The notes beneath the pieces are model-generated. The model did not search any database. It was not told the DNA's origin and saw only the letters and a program-made list of their open reading frames with translations. From NCBI GenBank assembly GCA_023246095.1, contig JAHFJA010000001.1, forward strand, positions 1,062 to 65,061: DNA of 64,000 nucleotides, in the 5' to 3' direction. The position numbers and the translations under genes are program-made. Shown in pieces: positions 57,721 through 64,000 of this stretch; position 1 is the stretch's first letter, and each line of letters begins with the position of its first letter. This DNA is from a bacterium (lineage in GTDB: Bacteria > Patescibacteriota > Patescibacteriia > JACQRZ01).

Positions 57721-58512
57721 ATGCCTCTTGTTTACGCGGCAATCCTACCTCACACTCCTCTCCTACTTCCAACCATTGGAAAAGATAAACGTGAGGAGAT
57801 GTCTCAAACTCTGGCGTCGCTCGCGACCATAAAGCAGCACATTGAAGAGCATTCTATCGATACTATCGTTATCCTCGCACCACACGCACCACACAACGAC
57901 AACGCATTTCAGCTACACCACAGCATGACGTATACCGCATCTTTCGAAGAATTCGGAGATATTGCGACAAAAAAGACATATAAACCAAACCATACCCTCA
58001 TCGATTATCTCAAACACCATTTCGATGGTTCCATTATCCCTTGGATCTATCACTCGGATGAACGGATTGAATATGCTGCATCAGTGCCTCTTATTACTCT
58101 GGGAATAGGGAGTGGCCTTCCTATTGTCATTATATATCCACCTATTTCAGCAAGCCTTTCTGATCTTGCTCGTGCAGGCGCAGGGCTGTATGATGCACTC
58201 GCAAGCCACCCAAAACGCATTGCTCTTCTTTCATCAGGGGATCTATCTCACGCGCTCTCAGAAGACGCTCCGGGGGGATATCACAAAGACGCAAAAAAAT
58301 TCGACAAACGTGTCATTTCGATGTTTGAAAAAAAAGATTCCGCAAAGCTATTAAAAACAACTCACGAAATGATCGATAATGTTAAAGTGTGCTCAATGCC
58401 CACGATAGCTGTATTGTCAGGCATCTTGAAGAATCTTTCTTATGAGCCGAAAATGCTTTCATATGAGGCCCCACTGGGAGTAGGCCACCTTATTATGGAG
58501 TATATCCTCTAA
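57721..58512 (+). CDS. LigB/Memo-family protein
   Basis: PHTPLLLP.IG, APH, SSGDLSH.L...APGGY, SYEAPLGVG. Confidence 0.8.
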   Translation: MPLVYAAILPHTPLLLPTIGKDKREEMSQTLASLATIKQHIEEHSIDTIVILAPHAPHNDNAFQLHHSMTYTASFEEFGDIATKKTYKPNHTLIDYLKHHFDGSIIPWIYHSDERIEYAASVPLITLGIGSGLPIVIIYPPISASLSDLARAGAGLYDALASHPKRIALLSSGDLSHALSEDAPGGYHKDAKKFDKRVISMFEKKDSAKLLKTTHEMIDNVKVCSMPTIAVLSGILKNLSYEPKMLSYEAPLGVGHLIMEYIL

Positions 58513-58515
58513 CAC

Positions 58516-60426
58516 ATGTTACTACGAATTACTGTCATTCCGTGTTTGAGACTTCCCAGACAGCTGGGTTTTTTTGACTATACATACGACCATGGCACAA
58601 CATGCCCCCTTTCCGTTGGTGAATTTGTTGACATCCCATTTCGCAATAAGACAGTCGTGGGTGTTGTGACACATATTTCTTCGGAAGGAATAACTGAAAA
58701 ACTAAAACCCATTGCGCGCCCAAGACCTGAGTTGGTGTCCCTTCCCAGCGAAGAAATTCAATACATCATTGCCATCGCTCGATGGTATTGCGTTTCCCCT
58801 GCCACCATCTTACGTATCGCCTATCCACTTACACTCACAAAACAATCAAAACGGAAAAGTATCGTTGCAACACAACCACCCCGTAAAGCACGTCGCCAAC
58901 TCCCTCTCAACACAACAATACACCCCACACTCTTTCATTATAAATCCCAAAATGACTGCGTTTCATATTACCGTTCCCTCACACAAGCATCTCGCAAAAA
59001 TAGTGAACAAATAATTATCGTCACCCCCAATGATGAGCGAACCGACTATCTTGCATCCCTTCTCCCAAAAACTAAAGATCTCATCATTTCTCGATCGAGT
59101 GATGGGGTACGAATAACAAAGGCAACTCGTGAAAGGGCACAAAATTCAAATTTCACTGTCCTTATTGGCACCCGTCAAGTGCTCACTATGCCTTATAAAA
59201 ATCTCAATACTATTATCGTTGACCAAAGCGATCATCGCAATCATAAATTACATGAAGGCTCGCCATTGATCGATTCCAATACGACAGCTTATCACAAAGC
59301 TTATTCGTACCGCGCACGTCTCATATATGCGTCGAATGCTCCGCGACTTGAAGAATATTCATATATCGCCTGTACTCACCCACAAAGTCCATACTCATTT
59401 TCTTCTACGCTAGTTTCTCTTCACGATGAATTTCGGGGAGGAAATACTACCCATATTTCTGATCGATTACGAGAAGAAATCACTGCATGTTTACAACGCA
59501 AAAAAGATGTGATCCTTTCACTCAACCACACAGGTATGAGCAAGTATATTTTGTGCAAAGGATGCAAAACGATATTTTCTTGTCCCACGTGCGCTGAGCC
59601 TCTGCGATATACCCAAAAAGGTCAATTACTTTCCTGCCCGACCTGTACATATACTCAATTACCCCCTGACCAGTGCCCTGTATGTCAAGATGTCAATTTT
59701 GTTTTCCCCGGCTTAGGAATTGAAAAAATTGCACAACAACTGGCGAAGGAATACTCAAACTTCCCTATAATTTTGGTCGATGCACAAAGCCCTACAATGC
59801 CACCTCCGACTGAAAGCCCCGCGATTATCATTGGAACATCCTACCTACCAAATCACTATCCCAACAGAGTATCCAACGCGGGGCTCATAGGTCTCATTGC
59901 GGTAGATCCCATTATTTCCATGGAGCAATTCCGCTCGCTCGAACACCAATGGCAAGACAATGCCTATCTCGTTTCTCTTGCATCCAACACAACCACCTGC
60001 ATAATCCAAGCATTCAATACAGACCATCCGTTTGTACAATCTCTCGCAACGTTTAATTATCATCGTTTTGCCGATACCGAATGTATGCTGCGCGCGCGTC
60101 ATTCCTTCCCTCCCGCCCGACGCCATATAGTATGTATATATAGAGGCCAACCAGGAAAAGAGCGAACAGAGATTGATTCGTTATTTAAAGCACTTAAAAA
60201 CACTATTGATTCTCCTCTCGACGCATCTACCTCAACCATTGACATTTCGCAAAAATTGCCTATAATAACGGTAATTAAGAAATCGCTGGTTCGCCCTCAC
60301 TCACAGATACTCATTAGTATTCCCGAAAAGTATAACCCGTCTCAAAACATGCCGGAAGCGATACATGAAATACTTATGAAATTATCGGTGGATTGGCTCA
60401 TTGACCCTGATCCCCGTATACTATAA
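58516..60426 (+). CDS. priA: Primosomal protein N' with degenerate helicase motifs
   Basis: FDY..G..V.IPFRNK N-domain, IGTR, four CxxC pairs, GLGIEKI; upstream of def-fmt. Confidence 0.85.
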   Translation: MLLRITVIPCLRLPRQLGFFDYTYDHGTTCPLSVGEFVDIPFRNKTVVGVVTHISSEGITEKLKPIARPRPELVSLPSEEIQYIIAIARWYCVSPATILRIAYPLTLTKQSKRKSIVATQPPRKARRQLPLNTTIHPTLFHYKSQNDCVSYYRSLTQASRKNSEQIIIVTPNDERTDYLASLLPKTKDLIISRSSDGVRITKATRERAQNSNFTVLIGTRQVLTMPYKNLNTIIVDQSDHRNHKLHEGSPLIDSNTTAYHKAYSYRARLIYASNAPRLEEYSYIACTHPQSPYSFSSTLVSLHDEFRGGNTTHISDRLREEITACLQRKKDVILSLNHTGMSKYILCKGCKTIFSCPTCAEPLRYTQKGQLLSCPTCTYTQLPPDQCPVCQDVNFVFPGLGIEKIAQQLAKEYSNFPIILVDAQSPTMPPPTESPAIIIGTSYLPNHYPNRVSNAGLIGLIAVDPIISMEQFRSLEHQWQDNAYLVSLASNTTTCIIQAFNTDHPFVQSLATFNYHRFADTECMLRARHSFPPARRHIVCIYRGQPGKERTEIDSLFKALKNTIDSPLDASTSTIDISQKLPIITVIKKSLVRPHSQILISIPEKYNPSQNMPEAIHEILMKLSVDWLIDPDPRIL

Positions 60427-60444
60427 CTATATCCAATACACAAT

Positions 60445-60951
60445 ATGGCACGTCTCACTCTTGCGGCCGCGAACGATCCGGTCGTGCGAACCAAAACTCC
60501 CCTTATCGATATTGCAACGATTGCAGATCCTGATTTTCAAACTCTGATCGATAATATGATCCAAACGATGTACGAAACCAACGGCATCGGTCTTGCTGCT
60601 ACTCAAGTTGGCAAATCACTTCGACTTGCCACGCTGGTGCCTGACCCGGAACGCTTTGATTTTTATGATAAAGGATCTCGTGAAGCAATCGTTATTATCA
60701 ATCCTACTATTGATAGCCATTCTCTACGCACGTCGTCTTCTGAAGAAGGGTGCTTGTCAGTGCCCGGATATATGGGATTAGTAAAAAGATTTAGCGGTGT
60801 AACCGTCTCTTTTACTGACCGCACTGGTGCCCCCAAAACGATAAAGGCACGCGGATTACTCGCTCGCGTCTATCAACACGAGATTGATCATCTTGAAGGT
60901 ATTTTATTTGTCGATCGTGCTGAGAAGATATTCAAGATTCAACACATTTAA
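60445..60951 (+). CDS. def: Peptide deformylase
   Basis: GIGLAATQVG, EGCLS, QHEIDHL. Confidence 0.97.
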   Translation: MARLTLAAANDPVVRTKTPLIDIATIADPDFQTLIDNMIQTMYETNGIGLAATQVGKSLRLATLVPDPERFDFYDKGSREAIVIINPTIDSHSLRTSSSEEGCLSVPGYMGLVKRFSGVTVSFTDRTGAPKTIKARGLLARVYQHEIDHLEGILFVDRAEKIFKIQHI

Positions 60952-60955
60952 ACTT

Positions 60956-61897
60956 ATGCGCATTATATTTTTTGGTACCCCCGCCTACTCCGTTGGCTTT
61001 CTGTATAGCCTCATAGCAGCCGATATGTCACCTATAGCTGTCGTATCACAGCCAGATCGTCCTGTTGGCAGAGACAAAGAAGTCTTCCCTACTCCCGTAA
61101 AAGAATTAGCTGAAGCAAACAATATCCCTGTCCTTCAACCTGAAAATGTCAATAACCCAGAATGGATTTCAAAAATAAAAGCATTACAACCTGACCTTAT
61201 TGTCGTCGTTGCGTTTGGTCAAATTATTTCAAAAGAAATTATTGATATACCCAAATACGGATGCATCAATGTGCACCCATCAATGTTGCCATTACTCCGA
61301 GGCGCAACCCCTCTCCAAGGTGCAATTTTACAGGGACTTTCAGAGACTGGTATTACCATCATGCTCATGGATGAAAAGATGGATCACGGCCCTATCCTCG
61401 CCCAACTCCGTCTCCCTCTAGAGGAAGACGAGACATATGTTTCACTCGCAGAAAAAACAATTGACCTTGGACGAACTCTTCTGATTGATACGATTAAAAA
61501 ATGGGTGGCGGCCACGATCACTCCCCAAGTTCAAGACCACACAAAAGCGACATTTACAAAACTTTTAAAAAAGGACACAGGAAAAATTACTCCTGACATG
61601 TCAGTCATGCAAGCACAGCGTATGATTCGTGCGTTGCTTCCGTGGCCCGGAGTCTGGATGGAATATGAAAGGAAACGACTTAAAATTCTTTCGATCGGAC
61701 AAATTATCGCAAACTCAGACCAACTCGCTGGCACTCTGTTTTCCAACACATCGCTAGGAAATGCCGTATGGTATGCTGCGACCGACGGTGCGATAGAACT
61801 AATCTCCGTTCAACCTGAAGGGAAAAGCGTCATGTCAGGAGAAGAATTTGCTCGCGGATACATCCGTTCAAACACAAACGACGCAACTACAATATAA
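60956..61897 (+). CDS. fmt: Methionyl-tRNA formyltransferase
   Basis: IIFFGTP, SQPDRP, NVHPSMLP..RGA.P, MDEKMDHG. Confidence 0.97.
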   Translation: MRIIFFGTPAYSVGFLYSLIAADMSPIAVVSQPDRPVGRDKEVFPTPVKELAEANNIPVLQPENVNNPEWISKIKALQPDLIVVVAFGQIISKEIIDIPKYGCINVHPSMLPLLRGATPLQGAILQGLSETGITIMLMDEKMDHGPILAQLRLPLEEDETYVSLAEKTIDLGRTLLIDTIKKWVAATITPQVQDHTKATFTKLLKKDTGKITPDMSVMQAQRMIRALLPWPGVWMEYERKRLKILSIGQIIANSDQLAGTLFSNTSLGNAVWYAATDGAIELISVQPEGKSVMSGEEFARGYIRSNTNDATTI

Positions 61898-64000
61898 GCA
61901 ATCCCGAGAGGATGATTCAAATATGGGGTAAAAAAATGAGTGACGATCACCGTAATTAGCCCCAACCACAAACCAACTGTCCATGCGTACGCCATACCGT
62001 TGTTATTTTTTTGTATATTCGAGATGGCACGCCAACCAATAAATAGTACGTATCCTAAAAAGGCTCCATAGAGTGCAAATCCCACGATACCCACCTTAAG
62101 TAGTATTTCTAAATATCCCCATTCAAACGCATACGTGGTGTATTCTCCCGTGGGGTTATTTTCTAGTATGCGAGGATCTTGTGAATTATACGTAAGAGTT
62201 TTGCCATACCCAAACCCTATAAGCGGGCTTTTTGTAATTTCATGCGCCATCACTGGCAACAGGCTCCATCGTGACCCCACAGCCGCTTCATTCGCAAATC
62301 GTCCAGAAACAGAGTTAAGACCAAGATCAGCACTTGTCGAAGGAAACGGAAAGCGTATGACGCTGATGATAATGAGAAGACTACACAGAACTATCAGTAC
62401 ACCTTTGCCAACCCAAGCACCATATCCCCTCACCATTGACCGGCGCAATCCCATCATGGCCAAAAATAAACCCGCAAATGCAAGCGCTACCCAAAAACTG
62501 CGCGACTGACCAACAATGATCCCCGCACACACAAATCCCCCTGCCCATATCGCTCGCCCTGTATATTTGGAAGCATACGACGGCTTTCCTTCTGACCCCC
62601 AACGGAGATACGCAAGAATCCCGAGAAAAAATGGCAAGAGATATATCTGACTTTGCAAAAACGTCCGATATACATTTTGACTCACCATTGTTACCTCGCC
62701 TACCCCTGTGTCACGAACCCATCGATACAGTGCAATCGTAATTTCATACCCAATACCTGGGTGCGACATAGCATAGATAAGAAAGAACGTCTTTGTGAGT
62801 TGAGCTGCAATCGCAACGCTCGTTAATCGCGCAACACGACTCAATACGCCTTTTTTTGAAAGTGCATCGTACACAATAGGCGCGATAAAAAAGTAATACC
62901 AGGCATTCGCATCTGCGAACACCAACCCAGGAGTATTTCTCATTAACCCATATACCGTGCCCGCGAGAATCAATGCACCCATAGCGGCATACCACCAACG
63001 AAATAATGAATGACGGATAACAAGAAAACCTTCCGGCAATAATGTTTTAGCGGAAATACCCGCCGCACAATACCGCAATACCCACGCGATGGCTAGAGCA
63101 GTAAAAATAATGATCCGAACGTTAATTTCATGACTGCCTATCACAAACGAGAACAGACCCCCTTTTGATCCGATAACCAATTCTGCTAATGCGATCATCA
63201 CCGCATATTCAAGTCGATACAACCCAAGTATAAAAGTCACTATTCCAATCACCCAAAACATCACATCATTTGCAGCGGGAGTAGACCATCCGACAAAGGA
63301 CAGAACTTCCACCGCCATAATTGTCAAAAATGACCACAGCCAGAATGGCAGATGGATACCTTTATTACTCTGTAATATCAGCTTTTGATTTTTTAGCCAA
63401 ACAAATAGCGTTCCTAACGGATACACTGCCAAAATGGCCAGCCACGCGAATATCCCCTTGTGCTTATAGATATATCGTCGACAACTTGCACTAAACATTC
63501 GATGCTTGGTCATTGATTCCGCTTGTGCAAAACTTGCGCCACCAACGTGAATAATTTCAGTAGTGGGAGTATACACTATTTGTATACCTGCATCAGCAAT
63601 CCGTTTGAGAAGATCTACCTCTTCAAACCATATAAAGAACTTTTCATCAAACAACCCTATCTGATCAAGCACTTTTTTTCGTATCATCATGCACGCACCC
63701 ATAATCTGCTGGACATCTTGCTCTTTTTTGTAGTCAAAATCAGCCGCAAGGTACTTACGGAATACCTTTAATTTTGGAAAAAGAAATTGCACTTTGAGCG
63801 ACGCCAGCCATTGCGATAAGAAATCAGGAAAGCGTCGAACCGAAGGTTGTAAACTCCCGTCCACATTCAAAATCTTCGGCCCAACAACCCCAACGTCAGA
63901 GTGGGTATCAAGATAATTGATCATTATGTCCAATGAGCCTTCTTTTACTTGCGCATCATCATTGAATACAAGCACGTACTCTCCCTTTGCTTGTCGTATG
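61810..64000 (-). CDS. GT2 glycosyltransferase fused to an O-antigen ligase-like membrane domain (5' end outside the window)
   Basis: VVGPK, GACMMIR..FDEKFFIWFEEVDL, IIHVGGAS; many TMs, QSRSFW, SPLIGFGYG, YLEILLKVGIVG. Confidence 0.8.
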   Translation of the reverse strand, partial: IRQAKGEYVLVFNDDAQVKEGSLDIMINYLDTHSDVGVVGPKILNVDGSLQPSVRRFPDFLSQWLASLKVQFLFPKLKVFRKYLAADFDYKKEQDVQQIMGACMMIRKKVLDQIGLFDEKFFIWFEEVDLLKRIADAGIQIVYTPTTEIIHVGGASFAQAESMTKHRMFSASCRRYIYKHKGIFAWLAILAVYPLGTLFVWLKNQKLILQSNKGIHLPFWLWSFLTIMAVEVLSFVGWSTPAANDVMFWVIGIVTFILGLYRLEYAVMIALAELVIGSKGGLFSFVIGSHEINVRIIIFTALAIAWVLRYCAAGISAKTLLPEGFLVIRHSLFRWWYAAMGALILAGTVYGLMRNTPGLVFADANAWYYFFIAPIVYDALSKKGVLSRVARLTSVAIAAQLTKTFFLIYAMSHPGIGYEITIALYRWVRDTGVGEVTMVSQNVYRTFLQSQIYLLPFFLGILAYLRWGSEGKPSYASKYTGRAIWAGGFVCAGIIVGQSRSFWVALAFAGLFLAMMGLRRSMVRGYGAWVGKGVLIVLCSLLIIISVIRFPFPSTSADLGLNSVSGRFANEAAVGSRWSLLPVMAHEITKSPLIGFGYGKTLTYNSQDPRILENNPTGEYTTYAFEWGYLEILLKVGIVGFALYGAFLGYVLFIGWRAISNIQKNNNGMAYAWTVGLWLGLITVIVTHFFTPYLNHPLGIAYIVVASFVFERMYPRANSSPDMTLFPSG

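Overview
This is a chromosomal segment using the standard genetic code. It is most likely from a Patescibacteria/CPR bacterium, inferred from CPR-typical proteins, core genes without Shine-Dalgarno (SD) sites, and compact HrcA, TsaB and PriA. Core genes are dnaX, hrcA-grpE-hsp20-dnaK-dnaJ and clpB (both CIRCE-controlled), tsaC, mraZ-rsmH-ftsL-ftsI-murF, msrA, tsaB, a TagA-like transferase, mgtA, priA-def-fmt, tRNA-Gln(CTG) and tRNA-Glu(CTC). Two accessory loci stand out. (1) A 7.3 kb large-serine-recombinase island (4432-11756) sits at the 3' end of tRNA-Gln with a 3-bp CTG core. It carries an extra, complete, inverted attP-like copy internally, so both the cargo (two HEPN-like genes, an AlbA_2 gene and a TSP1-repeat protease) and the integrase gene are bracketed by long inverted repeats. 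Flipping the integrase would swap its 19-aa C-terminus. (2) At 36.0-41.1 kb, an RNase II catalytic domain and an SF2 helicase each end in two dsRNA-binding-like domains. The pair is flanked by two copies of a covarying structured RNA motif I do not recognise, and the helicase is split by one in-frame TGA. All family calls come from motifs read by eye; no searches were run.
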